A stretch of DNA of 64,000 bases from Pristiophorus japonicus (taxonomy: Eukaryota): NCBI RefSeq assembly GCF_044704955.1, contig NC_091995.1, positions 20,150,001 to 20,214,000 of the forward strand. The letters are read 5' to 3'. Under the pieces are notes generated by a model. The model did no database searches. It was not told where the DNA came from and worked only from the letters and a program-made list of their open reading frames with translations. The translations under genes and the position numbers were made by a program. Of the stretch, positions 38,859 to 52,923 are shown piece by piece; position 1 is the stretch's first letter; the number at the start of each line of letters is the position of its first letter.

Positions 38859-39318
38859 CAGGGTCAGATTAAGGGCCTGATGGGCCTGGGGCAAACTGAT
38901 CCAAATGGGCCGATAGTTATGTTTGTTCATGTTCATTACATTACGTTTATGATTCTGATTCTGAGTATGGAAACATAGGCCAGTATATTCAACAATGAAA
39001 GCAGATATTCTGTATCAAGTAGGTATTTATTCTGGTTCTGGTAACATTGCAATACTAGATTCCTGTACATATATGTAAATTTCTCTCAATAAGATGTGAA
39101 ATAAAACAGGCGAGTACATATTGTGTTGTGTATGTGGGTCCATCAGTGTATATAGGTCCTTCTGTATACCGGTATAAACAAGTGAATCTAACCTGTATAA
39201 ACAAGTGTATACCCTGCAGATACTTTACAAGATAACATTGCGAGACTTCCTGTACGTGAATGTTCTTTGTTGGGCCTGGGGCTGCAGCCCCATCCGCCCC
39301 GTGGTTAATGCGCCCCTG
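38859..39318. mobile_element. hAT-like MITE
   Basis: Imperfect TIR CAGGGTCAGATTAA / TTAATGCGCCCCTG; 8-bp flanks CAGAGGTC / CGGGGGTC (6/8 match). Confidence 0.65.
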
Positions 39319-39849
39319 CGGGGGTCACTTGGATGTCCCGAGTGCAGTGCTGGCTGAGTTCAGTAACTCTGGGCTCAGCTTCAGTTGAAGTTGGGACTGA
39401 CTAGTGTATGTGACAACCCTCTGAAGCGGTCACTGCGCCCCTGGACTTGGGAACTCTCTCCCTAAACCACTTGCTACCTGTGTGTGTCCGGGGCCACTGG
39501 GAAAGAGCAGTAATGAGGCCTTTCCAATTCCGGCACATCCCGAGAATGATTCAAAAATAGAAAGATTGATTCCCTTCAAAAATCTCCTGTTAAAGACCAC
39601 TGCTGTCTTCTCGTGTCTCGCCCCCGGAGCGTTGCGACTCCTGCTCGGTGCTCTCCCTCCCCCTTTGGGCCCAATCCAAGGTGAGAGAGAGGTGCTGTAT
39701 AAAAACCTGACGGCTGTTTCCCAGCTCCTGTTCCTGCTGCGTTCTGCCTCTCCCGGATTCTGCTGTTCTCTGGGTGGCTCTCGCAGTGACACCTGCTGAC
39801 AGGAACCCGCACTACATCAGCACCACCAACACAAGCCCTCGCCCGCCTC

Positions 39850-41175
39850 ACAGAACCACAGCACAGAAGGAGGCCATTCCCACCATCGTGTCCACGCCGG
39901 CCGACCAACAGCTACCCAGCCTAACCCCACCTTCCAGCTCCAGGTCCGTAGCCCTGCAGGTTACGGCACTTTAAGAGCACATCCAAGGAGCTTTTAAATG
40001 TGGTGAGGGTTTCTGCCTCTACCACCCTTTCAGGCAGTGAGTTCCAGACCCTCACCACCCTCTGGGTGAAGAAATGGTTCCTCATCTCCCTCTAATCCTT
40101 CTACCAACTACATTCAATCTATGTCCCCTGGTTATTGACCCCTCTGCTGAGGGAAATAGGTCTTTCCCATCCACTCTATCTCGGGCCCCTCAGAATTTTA
40201 TACAATTAAATCTCCCCTCGGCCTCCTCTGTTGCGAGGAAAGTAACCCCAGCCTCTCCAATCTTTCCTCATAGTTAAAGTTTTCCAGTCCAATTAGTCCC
40301 ACTCCCCCACTGCTCCTCCCCCCCAGCCCCGCAATTTTTGTCCTTTTCACGTATTTATCCAATCCCCTTTGAAAGTTAAATCTGCTTCATCCAACCTTTC
40401 AGCCGGTACATTCCAGATTTAAACATAGAATAAAAATAAACTCTCCCCATCGCCCCTCTGGATGTTTTGCCCATTGCCTTAAATCGGTGACCTCTGGTTA
40501 CTGACCCTCCTGCCACAGGAAACAGTGTCTCCCTATTTACTCGATCAAACCCTCGATTAAAATAGAGGCTGGGAACATGAGGACAGGAGGGGGCCATTCA
40601 GCCCCTCAAGCCTGTTCCACCATTCAGTTAAATTATGGCTCATCTGTATCTTAGCTCCATTTACCCGCCTTGGTTCCACATCCCTGTTTGCCAAACAAAA
40701 ATCTATCAATCCCAGTTTAGAAACTTGCAATTGAGCCCCAGCCTCAACAGCTTTTTGGGGGAGAGAGTTCCAGATTCCCACTGCCCTTTGTGTGAAGAAG
40801 TGCTTCCTGACATCACCCCTGAACAAACCTCGCTCTCATTTGCAGGTGATGCCCCTTGTTCTGGACTCCCCGCCCACTCGGGGAAATAGTTTATCTCGAT
40901 CTGCACTATCAAATCTTTTAATGATCTTAAACCCCTCAGTTAGATCCCCCCTCAATCTTCTATACTTGAGGGAATACAAGCCTAGTCTGTGCAACCTGCC
41001 CTCGTAATTTAACCCTTTGAGCTCCCGGTAACATTCTGGTGAATCCGGGCGGCACCCCCTCCAAGGCCAATATATCCTTCCTGAGGCGCGGAGCCCAGAA
41101 CTGAACGCAGTTACTCCAGGTGGGGTCTGACCAGAGCTTTATATAACTGCAGCAGAACTTCCAGCCCTTGGGATT
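39850..41175 (-). mobile_element. Stacked CR1 3' fragments
   Basis: RKHFFTQRAVGIWNSLPQ and CVQFWAPRLRKD motifs and 3' UTRs. Confidence 0.75.
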
Positions 41176-41850
41176 CCAGCCCTCGTTCCTTCCTTCCTTC
41201 TCGAAGCGGCTAACTGCTTTTCTGTCTCTTGCTCGTGGACCTGAGCAGTTGGAAGGAGAAGATGGAGCGTGACGCGGCAAACACTCACCACGAGGACCTG
41301 ACCGACGAGGAGGACGAAGGTGATGCTGTCCTGGTGGAGCATCAGACGGATTCTGCCGTGGAGATGTGCGCACCGGTGGACCAACTGTACAAGGATGGCA
41401 TCCTCACCGTGGGTTGTGTGGGTGAGTTGGCACAACCGGAGCATTGGGCTTTTAACGTGGTCGATGCAGTGGGTGGTAACCGCTGGAAACCAGCAGCTCC
41501 CTCCCTTGTCTTTAAGGAGCCCGTGTTTTCCTTGCCGAGAAAACAGTGCACTTGGCTACCACCAGATGGCAGTGCTGCAGAAACCCCATCGCTCAACTTG
41601 TTTAAAGTTTAAAATAATGTTAAACTGTTCCTGCTTCCTGGCACGTCTCCATCCTCGTCCCTCCTCTTTTCTCCACACACAGGCATGTTTCTAACGGGGG
41701 TCACTAGGTGGCAGTCAGGAGCAGCAAGCCGGGCTCGTTCCTTTCGGTCTCCCACCCTGGGGCACTGAGGCTAAATGTCGCTCCCCTACTGACACTCTGC
41801 CTGAGGCTAACTAACTCAGCACAGACCGTGGATTGAAGCTGGGTCATCGT

Positions 41851-41851
<1 letters not shown>

Positions 41852-41885
<34 letters not shown>
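41852..41885. repeat. (GT)n microsatellite
   Basis: Directly visible. Confidence 0.98.
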
Positions 41886-41887
<2 letters not shown>

Positions 41888-41929
41888 CACCTCAGGCTGG
41901 GCACTGACTTACTGAGCCACTGCGGTAAA

Positions 41930-42980
41930 AGAAAAGAAAGACTTGCATTTATATAGCGCCTTTGACAACCTCAGGACGTCCCAAAGTGCGCCACAGTCAA
42001 AGAAAGTACTTTTAGAGTGTAGTCACTGTTGTAATGTGGGAAACACGGCACAGCAAGCTCCCACAGACAGCACTGTGATAGTGACCAGATAATCTGTTTT
42101 TGTGATGTTGATTGAGGGATAAATATTGGCCAGGACACCGGGGATAACTCCCCTGCTCTTCTAAAGTAGTGACATGGGATCTTTTACATCCACTGGAGAG
42201 AGCAGACGGGGCCTCGGTTTAACGTCTCATCCAAAAGACACCACCTCCGACAGTGCAGCACTCCCTCAGCACTGCATGGAAGTGTCAGCCTAGATTTTGT
42301 GCTCAAGTCTCTGCAGTGAGACTTGAACCCACGACCTTTAGTTATGTTAAACCTGTATCGAACCTTGGTTGGACCACACTTAGAGTACTGTGCACTGGTT
42401 GCCATATTATACAAAGGATATAGAGGCACTGGAGAGGGTGCAGAGAAGATTTACAAGGATGATACCAGAAATGCGAGGGTATACATATCAGGAAAGGATG
42501 AACAGGCTGGGTCTCTTTTCTCATGAAAAAAAGTCGGCTGAGGGGTGACCTAATAGAGGTCTTTAAAATTATGAAAGTTTTTGATAGAGTGGATCCAGAG
42601 AATGTTTCACTTGTGGGGTAGAACATAACTAGGGGCCATCGATATAAGATGGGCACCAAGAAATCCAATCGGGAATTCAGCAGAAAATTCTTTACCCAGA
42701 GAGTGGTGAGAATGTGGAACTCACTACCACAGGGAGTGGTTGAAGTGAATAGTATCGATACATTTAAGGGGCGTCTGGAACAACATATGAGGGAGAAGTG
42801 AATAGAGGGTTATGGTGATAGAGTTAGATGAGGAAAGACGGAGGAGGCTCGAGTGGAGCATAAACACCGGCATGGACTGGTTGGGCCGAATGGCCTGTTT
42901 CTGTGCCGTGTATCCGATATAATCCTATGACCTTCGGACTCTGAGACCAGAGTGTGACCCACTGAGCCACGGCTGACCAC
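41930..42980 (-). mobile_element. DeuSINE-like SINE split by a plus-strand CR1 fragment (~42337-42928)
   Basis: Body at 41930-42335; tRNA-like head (GTGGCTCAGTGGGT) at 42930-42980. Confidence 0.75.
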
Positions 42981-43869
42981 TAAATGGGCAGACCATTCAC
43001 CTCCCACCTCACTGAGTCACGTCCCGTTTCTGAAGATTGCCGTTTTGCCTCCCTCTCGCTCTAGATTCTGGCCGGGATTTACCCCATCGCACAGATCCAG
43101 GAGCCTTACACCTCCGTCGGTTACCTGGCCGCGAGGATCCCCGTGCAGAAGCTGCTGAAGCTCAAGCCCCCTGACGTGGAGGAGGACAGGCCCGGGGAGC
43201 AGGCCGAGACCAGGTTCACGGCCTGGGACATCTGTGAAGGTAACTGGACGGTGAGATCAGCAGTCGGGGAATTGTGGGCTGGGACAAAGGGGAGAAGAGG
43301 CTGTTTACTAGTTATTGTTAAATAATCTGTGAGCTGAAAAACTTTTTTGGGCCTTGCGTCTTGTATTAATACCGAGCTCCAGGCTGGACCTGGGCTGAGA
43401 ATTGATGCCTTTCTGACGTACACCGTCTGTCCTTTGTCACCTTACAGCCTGGGCGGAGAAGAGGGGCTACAAGACGACTAAAGCTGCCCGGAATGAGGTG
43501 TACCGGATGGCCAACAGCATCCTTCCATTGACTGACTGTGGACGGGGGCCTGTGTCTGTACATGCGACCCCCAGGCTACACCGTACAGAAAGGTGAGGGC
43601 TCGGTCTCCTTGTGTACCGAGTGTCAGCGGGAGCGGCTGTGGGGAGTCGAGCCAGAGTTTGAGCTTGGGACCTGAATCTCCACTACAGAGCGCTGGAATC
43701 ACTGGCACCTCGAAAACGGCAAACCTCTCGTCACACAGATGGTGGGATCTTGGTGGGCAGCTTTCTTCGGGGCCAGCGGTGAGCGAGAGCCTTTGCTTCA
43801 CCGCTGGCCGCAAATTCCAGGCCCTTGTTTTTACACAACTCTTAAAGAGCGCGTCTCACTTACCTCGTT

Positions 43870-44330
43870 ACCAACAACATCTTGTATTTATATAGCGCCT
43901 TTAACGCAGTGAAAGGTCCCAAGGTGCTTCACAGGAGTATTATGAGACAAATATTAGACACCAAGCCACAAAGTAGAAATGAGCGCAGGTGACCAAAAGC
44001 TGGGTCAAAGAGTTCGGTTTTAAGGAGCGTCTTGAAGCAGGAAAGAGAGGCTGAGAGGTTTATGGAGGGAGTTCCAGAGCTTGGGGCCCAGACAACAGAA
44101 GGCACGGCCCCCGATGGTCGAGCGATTATAATTAGGGATGCTCAGGAGGGCAGAATTAGAGGAGTGCAGACATCTCGAGGGGTTGTGGGGCTGGAGGAGA
44201 TTACAGAGATAGGGAGGGGCGAGGCCATGGAGGGATTTGATAACAAGGATGAGAATTTTGAAATCGAGGCATTGCTTAACCGGGAGCCGATGTAGGTCAG
44301 CGAGCACAGGGGTGATGGGTGAGCGGGACC
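43870..44330 (-). mobile_element. L2 3' end
   Basis: Homologous to 24290-24720 (RSPITPVLADLHRLP...LWNSL). Confidence 0.85.
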
Positions 44331-44909
44331 AAGCTGAAGGGTTCTGCTGTCTTTCCTCGTACCTCGTGGCACGAGGGGATGGGCCTGGTTGGCTCTTTCT
44401 CTGCACTGTGTCCAGTGCTTCCCTTGGGTCTCGGTGATCAGAAACAGACACAGCCCTCCAGAGGCAGTGTAACCCGGGGTAGGGGACACTGCACAGTGTG
44501 CGTGTGCACCCTCTGACTTGTTTACGGTTTGGGCTGCATTGTTTAACGTGCGGCTTGCTTTACTGATGGGCTGCTCGGCAGTGGTTGGACCCGATCCGAG
44601 CGTTTAACATATTGATGCAAGTGTTGACCCTTGAACCTGCTGTGCCTGTTTCATAGTCATGGTATCTTGCAGCACAGGAGGGTGATCGGCCCATCGTGAC
44701 AGTGCTGTCTCTTTGAAAGAGCTCTCCAATTAGTCCCACTCCCTGCTCTTTCCCCATAGCCCTGAAAAATCTTTCCTCTTCAAGTATTTATCCAACTCCC
44801 TTCAGAAAGTTGCTAATTATAAAGGGTTTTGACAGAGTCATTGGGAGAAACTGTTTCCACTGGCAGGAGGGTCAGTAACCCTCCCAGAGGTCACAGAGTG
44901 CAAAGTTCA

Positions 44910-47900
44910 CCATCATCATAGGCAGTCCCTCGGAATCAAGGAAGACTTGCTTCTACTCCTGAAGTGAGTTCTTTGGTGGCTCAACAGTCCAATACGAGAG
45001 CCACAGACTCTGTCACAGGTGGGACAGATAGTTGTTGAGGGAGGGGGTGGGTGGGACTGGTTTGCCGCACGCTCTTTCCGCTGCCTGTGCTTGATTTCTG
45101 CATGCTCTCGGTGTTGCAACTCGAGGTGCTCAGCGCCCTCCCGGATACACTTTCTTCACTTAGGGCGGTGTTTAGACAGGGACTCCCAGGTGTCAGTGGG
45201 GATGTTGTGCTTTATCAGGGAGGCTTTGACGGTGTCCTTGTAACGTTTCCTCTGCCCACCTTTGGCTCGTTTGCCATGAAGGAGCTCCGCAAAGAGCTTT
45301 GGGAGTCTCGTGTCTGGCTTGTGAACAATATGGCCTGCCCAGCGGAGCTGATCAAGTGTGGTCAGTGGTTCAATGCTGGGGATGTTGGCCTGATCGAGAA
45401 CACTAATGTTGGTGTGTCTGTCCTGCCAGGGGATTTGTAGGATCTTGCAGAGACATCGTTGGTGGTATTTCTCCAGCGAATTGAGGTGTCTACTGCACAT
45501 GGTCCATGTCTCTGAGCCATACAGGAGGGCGGGTATTACTACAGCCCTGTAGACCACGAGCTCGGTGGCAGTTTTGAGGGCCTGGTCTTCAAACACTCTT
45601 TTCCTCAGGCAGTCGAAGGCTGCACTGGCGCACTGGAGGCAGTGTTGGATCTCGTCGTCAATGTCTGCTCTTGTTGATAAGAGGCTCCCGAGGTATGGGA
45701 AATGGTCCACATTGTCCAGGGCCGTGCCGTGGATCTTGATGACTGGGGGGCTGTGCTGTGTGGTGAGGACAGGCTGGTGGAGGACCTTTATCTTACGGAT
45801 GTTTAGCGTAAGGCCCATGCTTTCATACGCTTCAGTAAATACGTCGACTATGTCCTGGAGTTCAGCCTCTGTATGTGCGCAGACGCAGGCGTCGTCCGCA
45901 TACTGTAGCTCGACGACAGAGGTTGGGGTGGTCTTGGACCTGGCCTGGAAATGGCGAAGGTTGAACAGGTTCTGTAGTTTAGTACCACTTCAGCGGGGAG
46001 CTTGTTGACTGTGAGGTGGAGCATGGCAGCGAGGAAGATTGAGAAGAGGGTTGGGGCGATGACACAGCCCTGTTTGACCCCGGTCCAGACGTGGATTGGG
46101 TCTGTGATGGATCCGTTGGTAAGGATCACGGCCTGCATGTTGTCGTGGAGCAGGTGGAGGATGTTGACGAACTTTTGGGGGCATCCGAAACGGAGGAGGA
46201 CACTCCATAGACCCTCGCGATTGACAATGTCAAAGGCCTTTGTCAGGTCGAAGAAGGCCATGTATAAGGGCTGGCACTTTTCCCTGCATTTTTCCTGCAG
46301 CTGTCGCGCTGCAAACATCATGTCTATGTGTCCCGTAGGGGACGAAATCCGCACTGTGACTCCGGGAGGAGCTCCTCGGCCACAGGGAGAAGACGGTTGA
46401 GGAGGATTCTCGCGACGACTTTCCCCGTGGCTGATAACAGGGAGGTTCCTCTGTAGTTGCCGCAGTCGGACTTGTCCCCTTTTTTAAAGATGGTCACGGT
46501 CACTGCATCTCTGAGATCTCCCGGCATGCTCTCCTCCCTCCAGATGAGAGAGATGAGATCATGGATTGTGCCAACAGTGTCTCTGTGCCATATTTCAGTG
46601 CCTCAGTAGGGATTCCATCTGCTCCCGTAGCCTTGTTGTTTTCAAGCTGTCTTCCGGCTTTTTCTACCTCGTGCAGTGTTGGGGTTTTGCCGAGGTGGTG
46701 GTGGGTAGCATGCTGCGGGATGGAGTCGAGAACACTCGGGTCAAAGGCAGAGTCTCGATTGAGGAGATCTTCGAAGTGCTCCTTCCAGCGGGCCCTGACT
46801 GCCTCGGTGTCCTTGATGAGTGTTTCCCTGTTCTTGGCCAGCAGTGAGGTGGGGCCTTGGGTGTTTGGACCGTAGGTGGCCTTGACTGCGATGAAGAATC
46901 CTCGCACACCATGGCTGTCGGCCAGCTGCTGTATCTCCTGTGCTTTCTCCATCCACCACCTGTTCTTTAGGTCTCGGGTTTTTTGTTGGATCTCAGCCTT
47001 GAGCCGTCTGTAATGCTGCTTTGCTGCTCCCGAGTTGGGTTGTTGTTTAAGGCTCAGAAATGCCCTGCACTTGCGATCTATTAGCACTTGGATCTCCTGA
47101 TCATTCTCATCAAACCAGTCCTGATGTTTCCTGGTTGAGTGACCGAACGTCTTTTGCAGGCACTGGTTATGGAGGCCTGGAGGACAGACCAAGCGCTGTG
47201 GGCATTCTGCGTCTCGGGGTCATCAAGGCACGCCAGATTGGCTGTGAGGCGCTGACTGTATCGGGCTCTCTTAGCTGGGTCTTTGAGTGCCCCGTCAGTC
47301 ACTTTTTTGCGGCACTGCTTCTGCTGTCCCCTCCGCTTTGGGGCTATGTTGATGTCAATGATGGATCGGATTAGGCGATGGTCCGTCCAGCAGTTGTCAG
47401 CTCCTGTCATGGTGCGGGTGATGCACACATCCTTGCGATCCCTGGCTCGGACGATGACATAGTCGAGCAGGCGCCAGTGTTTGGAGCGAGGGTGTTCCCA
47501 TGACGCCTTGTATTTGTCCCTCTGGCGAACAAGGTGTTGGTGATGACAAGTTCATGTCCTGGACATTTTATCAGGAGTAGGGTACCGCTGGAGGTGGCTT
47601 TCCCTACCCCCTCTCTGCCAATCACGACTTCCCAAAGGGCTGTGTCCTTGCCGACCCTGGGATTGAAGTCACCGAGGAGAATCAGTTTGTCATCCGCGGG
47701 GACGCAGAACAGGGATTTTTCGAGGCTGGAGTAAAAACTCTCTTTAGCCTTATCCGTTGCATTGAGTGTTGGGGCGTAAGCACTGATGACTGTGGAACAC
47801 TGATTCCGGGATAGGGTGAGTCGGAGAGTCATGAGGTGTTCATTAACCCCGGAGGGGAATCTTTGAGGCGGTCGACCAGCTTGTTTTTGATGGTGAAGCC

Positions 47901-48300
47901 GACTACATGAAGGTGGTGTTCTTCCTCTGGTTTCCCTTTCCAGAAGAAGATGTAACCTCCACCTTGTTCCTTGAGCTGGCCTTCCCCTGCCCGCCGGGTC
48001 TCGATTAGGCCGGCGATGTCGATATCAAAGCGTCTAAGATCCCGGGCAACTATCGCATTCCGGCCTGTTACTGTTGGAATGTCCCTGAGGGTCCTGACGT
48101 TCCAGGTCCCGAACTTCATGTTAGAGGAGTGGAAGATGCCTGTGCGAGAGATGTTTTAAGGTGGAGTGGTCGTTGTACACCGGCCACCCCACGGGCTGAG
48201 CTGAGCAAGGTCTTGGTCCAGTGGCAAGGGGCCCAAGACCACTGGAGACCAGGCACTAGTATATGGGTCTAGTTGCCTACAGCGAGATGATAGCCGCAGG
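44910..48300 (-). mobile_element. Near full-length decayed RTE LINE
   Basis: MKFGTWNVRTL, GDFN, TDH endonuclease; FFDLTKAFD, GVKQGC, YADD RT; (CAT)n tail; frameshifted. Confidence 0.93.
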
Positions 48301-48371
48301 CTCGGCGCTGAGAAGCGCCCTGGATGGTAGGTGGTCCAAGGTATTCGGAGGGTCAGTGGCCCCCTGGGGAT

Positions 48372-51217
48372 CAGTAACACAGGGTGCTGGGGGAGGGGTT
48401 ACTGAGTGACAGTGTGAGGGAGCTGGATTAACATCAGTACAGATACAGTCAGTAACACAGTGCTGGGGGAGGGGTTACTGAGTGACAGTGTGAGGGAGCT
48501 GGATTAACATCAGTACAGATACAGTCAGTAACACAGTGCTGGGGGAGGGGTTACTGAGTGACTGTGTGAGGGAGCTGGATTAACATCAGTACAGATACAG
48601 TCAGTAACACAGTGCTGGGGGAGGGGTTACTGAGTGACAGTGTGAGGGAGCTGGATTAACATCAGTACAGATACAGTCAGTAATACAGGGTGCTGGGGGA
48701 GGGGTTACTGAGTGACTGTGTGAGGGAGCTGGATTAACATCAGTACAGATACAGTCAGTAATACAGGGTGCTGGGGGAGGGGTTACTGAGTGACAGTGTG
48801 AGGGAGCTGGATTAACATCAGTACAGATACAGTCAGTAACACAGGGTGCTGGGGGAGGGGTTACTGTGTGACAGTGTGAGGGTGCTGGATTAACATCAGT
48901 ACAGATACAGTCAGTAACATAGGGTGCTGGGGGAGGGGTTACTGAGTGACAGTGTGAGGGAGCTGGATTAACATCAGTACAGATACAGTCAGTAATACAG
49001 GGTGCTGGGGGAGGGGTTACTGAGTGACTGTGTGAGGGAGCTGCATTAACATCAGTACAGATACAGTCAGTAATACAGGGTGCTGGGGGAGGGGTTACTG
49101 AGTGACAGTGTGAGGGAGCTGGATTAACATCAGTACAGATACAGTCAGTAACACAGGGTGCTGGGGGAGGGGTTACTGTGTGACAGTGTGAGGGTGCTGG
49201 ATTAACATCAGTACAGATACAGTCAGTAACACAGGGTGCTGGGGGAGGGGTTACTGAGTGACAGTGTGAGGGAGCTGGATTAACATCAGTACAGATACAG
49301 TCAGTAATACAGGGTGCTGGGGGAGGGGTTACTGAGTGACAGTGTGAGGGAGCTGGATTAACGTCAGTTCAGATACAGTCAATAACGCAGGGTGCTGGGG
49401 GAGGGGTTACTGAGTGACAGTGTGAGGGAGCTGGATTAACATCAGGACAGATACAGTCAGTAACACAGGGTGCTGGGGGAGGGGTTACTGAGTGACAGTG
49501 TGAGGGAGCTGGATTAACATCAGGACAGATACAGTCAGTAACACAGGGTGCTGGGGGAGGGGTTACTGAGTGACAGTGTGAGGGAGCTGGATTAACATCA
49601 GTACAGATACAGTCAGTAACACAGGGTGCTGGGGGAGGGGTTACTGAGTGACTGTGTGAGGGAGCTGGATTAACATCAGTACAGATACAGTCAGTAACAC
49701 AGGGTGCTGGGGGAGGGGTTACTGAGTGACAGTGTGAGGGAGCTGGATTAACATCAGTACAGATACAGTCAGTAACACAGTGCTGGGGGAGGGGTTACTG
49801 AGTGACAGTGTGAGGGAGCTGGATTAACATCAGTACAGATACAGTCAGTAACACAGTGCTGGGGGAGGGGTTACTGAGTGACAGTGTGAGGGAGCTGGAT
49901 TAACATCAGTACAGATACAGTCAGTAACACAGGGTGCTGGGGGAGGGGTTACTGAGTAACAGTGTGAGGGAGCTGGATTAACATCAGTACAGATACAGTC
50001 AGTAACACAGGGTGCTGAGGGAGGGGTTACTGAGTGACTGTGTGAGGGAGCTGGATTAACATCAGTACAGATACAGTCAGTAACACAGTGCTGGGGGAGA
50101 GGTTACTGAGTGACAGTGTGAGGGAGCTGGATTAACATCAGTACAGATACAGTCAGTAACACAGTGCTGGGGGAGGGGTTACTGAGTGACAGTGTGAGGG
50201 AGCTGGATTAACATCAGTACAGATACAGTCAGTAACACAGGGTGCTGGGGGAGGGGTTACTGTGTGACAGTGTGAGGGTGCTGGATTAACATCAGTACAG
50301 ATACAGTCAGTAACACAGGGTGCTGGGGGAGGGGTTACTGAGTGACAGTGTGAGGGAGCTGGATTAACATCAGTACAGATACAGTCAGTAATACAGGGTG
50401 CTGGGGGAGGGGTTACTGAGTGACAGTGTGAGGGAGCTGGATTAACATCAGTACAGATACAGTCAGTAACACAGTGCTGGGGGAGGGGTTACTGAGTGAC
50501 AGTGTGAGGGAGCGGGATTAACATCAGTACAGATACAGTCAGTAACACAGTGCTGGGGGAGGGGTTACTGAGTGACAGTGTGAGGGAGCTGGATTAACAT
50601 CAGTACAGATACAGTCAGTAACACTGTGCTGGGGGAGGGGTTACTGAGTGACAGTGTGAGGGAGCTGGATTAACATCAGTACAGATACAGTCAGTAACAC
50701 AGTGCTGGGGGAGGGGTTACTGAGTGACAGTGTGAGGGAGCTGGATTAACATCAGGACAGATACAGTCAGCAACACAGGGTGCTGGGGGAGGGGTTACTG
50801 AGTGACAGTGTGAGGGAGCTGGATTAACATCAGTACAGATACAGTCAGTAACACAGGGTGCTGGGGGAGAGGTTACTGAGTGACAGTGTGAGGGAGCTGG
50901 ATTAACATCAGTACAGATACAGTCAGTAACACAGGGTGCTGTGGGAGGGGTTACTGAGTGACAGTGTGAGGGAGCTGGATTAACATCAGTACCGATACAG
51001 TCAGTAATACAGGGTGCTGGGGGAGGGGTTACTGAGTGACAGTGTGAGGGAGCTGGATTAACATCAGTACAGATACAGTAAGTAACACAGTGCTGGGGAG
51101 GGGTTACTGAGTGACAGTGTGAGGGAGCTGGATTAACATCAGTACAGATACAGTCAGTAACACATGGTGCTGGGGGAGGGGTTACTGAGTGACAGTGTGA
51201 GGGAGCTGGATTAACAT
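48372..51217. repeat. 76/78-bp minisatellite, about 37 copies
   Basis: CAGTAACACAG(GG)TGCTGGGGGAGGGGTTACTGAGTGACAGTGTGAGGGAGCTGGATTAACATCAGTACAGATACAGT repeated. Confidence 0.98.
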
Positions 51218-52383
51218 CATAGGAACTTAGAAAATAGGTGCAGAAGTAGGCCATTTGGCCCTTCGAGCCTTCGACCATCATTCAATAAGATCATGGCTGA
51301 TCATTCACCTCAGTACCCTGTTCCTGCTTTCTCCCCATACCCCTTGATCTCTTTGGTCGTAAGGGCCGTATCTAACTCCCTCTTGAATATATCCAATGCA
51401 CTGGCCTCAACAACTCTCTTCAGTCGGGAATTCCACAGGTTAACAACACTCTGAGTCAAGAAGTTTCTCCTCATCTCAGTCCGAATTGGCTTACCCCTTA
51501 TCCTTAGACTGTGTCCCCTGGTTCTGAACTTCCCCAACATCGGGAACATTCTTCCTGCATCTAACCTGTCCAGTCCCGTCAGAATTTTATATATTTCTAT
51601 GAGATCCCCTCTCATCCTTCTAAACTCCAGTGAATAAAAGCCCAATCGATTCAGTCTCTCCTCATATGTCAGTCCTGCCATCCCAGGAATCAGTCTGGTG
51701 AACCTTCGCTGCACTCCCTCAATAGCAAGAACGTCCTTCCTCAGATTAGGAAACCAAAACTGAACACAATATTCCAGGCGAGGCCTCACCAAGGCCCTGT
51801 ACAACTGCAGTAAGTCCTCCCTGCTCCTATACTCAAATCCCCGAGCTATAAGGCCAACATGCCATTTGCCTTCTTCACCACCTGCTGTACCTGCATGCCA
51901 ACTTTCATTGATTGATGTACCATGACACCCAGGTCTCGTTGTACCTCCCCTTTTCCTAATCTGCCGCCATTCAGATAATATTCTGCCATTGTGTTTTTGC
52001 CACCAAAGTGGATAACCTCACATTTATCAAAATTATACTGCATCTGCCATGCATTTGCAAGCTCACCGAACCTATCCAAGTCACACTGCAGCCTCTTAGC
52101 ATCCTCCTCACAGCTCACACCGCCACAGCTTAGTGTCATCTGCAAACTTGGAGATATTACACTCAATACCTTCATCTAAATCATTAATCTATATTGTAAA
52201 TCGCTGGGGTCCCAGCACTGAACCCTGCGGCACCCCACCAGTCACTGCCTGCCATTCTGAAAAGGACCTGTTTATCCCGACTCTTTGCTTCCTGTCTGCC
52301 AACGAGTTCTCTATCTATGTCAGTACACTACCCCCAATACCATGTGCTTTAATTTTGCACACCAATCTCTTGTGTGGGACCTT
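51218..52383 (-). mobile_element. CR1 3' fragment
   Basis: RT C-terminal ORFs 51310-52175. Confidence 0.92.
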
Positions 52384-52923
52384 ATCAGTACAGATACAGT
52401 CAGTAGCGCAGTGCTGGGGGAGGGGTTACTGAGTGACAGTGTGAGGGAGCTGGATTAACATCAGTACAGATACAGTCAGTAACACAGGGTGCTGGGGGAA
52501 GGGTTTCTGAGTGACAGTGTGAGGGAGCTGGATTAACATCAGTACAGATACAGCCAGTAACACAGTGCTGGGGGAGGAGTTACTGAGTGACAGTGTGAGG
52601 GAGCTGGATTAACATCAGTACAGATACAGTCACTAACAGAGTGCTGGGGGAGGGGTTACTGAGTGACAGTGTGAGGGAGCTAAATTAACATCAGTAGAGA
52701 TACCGTCAGTAACACAGGGCGCTGGGGGAGTGGTTACTGAGTGACAGTGTGAGGGAGCTGGATTAACATCAGTACAGATACAGTCAGTAACACAGTGCTG
52801 GGGGAGGGGTTACTGAGTGACAGTGTGAGGGAGCTGGATTAACATCAGTACAGATACAGTCAGTAATACAGGGTGCTGGGGGAGGGGTTACTGAGTGACT
52901 GTGTGAGGGAGCTGGATTAACAT
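52384..52923. repeat. Second 76/78-bp array, about 7 copies
   Basis: Same unit as 48372-51217. Confidence 0.97.

Larger units (their letters stand above)
41235..43592 (+). pseudogene. GNL1: GNL1 fragment: exons 41235-41421, 43065-43239, 43448-43592
   Basis: VDLSSWKEK...YKDGILTVGCVG; ILAGIYPIAQIQEPY...AWDICE; AWAEKRGYKT.KAARN..Y..ANS...PPGY..QK. First acceptor missing, P-loop exon not found, 4-bp GACT duplication frameshifts exon 3. Confidence 0.9.

Noticed and set aside
39430-39800. Minus-strand CESHPEN resembling the GNL1 last exon (WESHPET)
   Set aside because: Wrong strand and position, phase does not fit, no acidic tail; likely chance
42930-42980. tRNA gene
   Set aside because: SINE head, split from its B-box by CR1; no cloverleaf
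48372-51217. CRISPR-like or Cys-rich coding repeat
   Set aside because: No unique spacers, no cas genes, eukaryotic context; 76-bp units break frame
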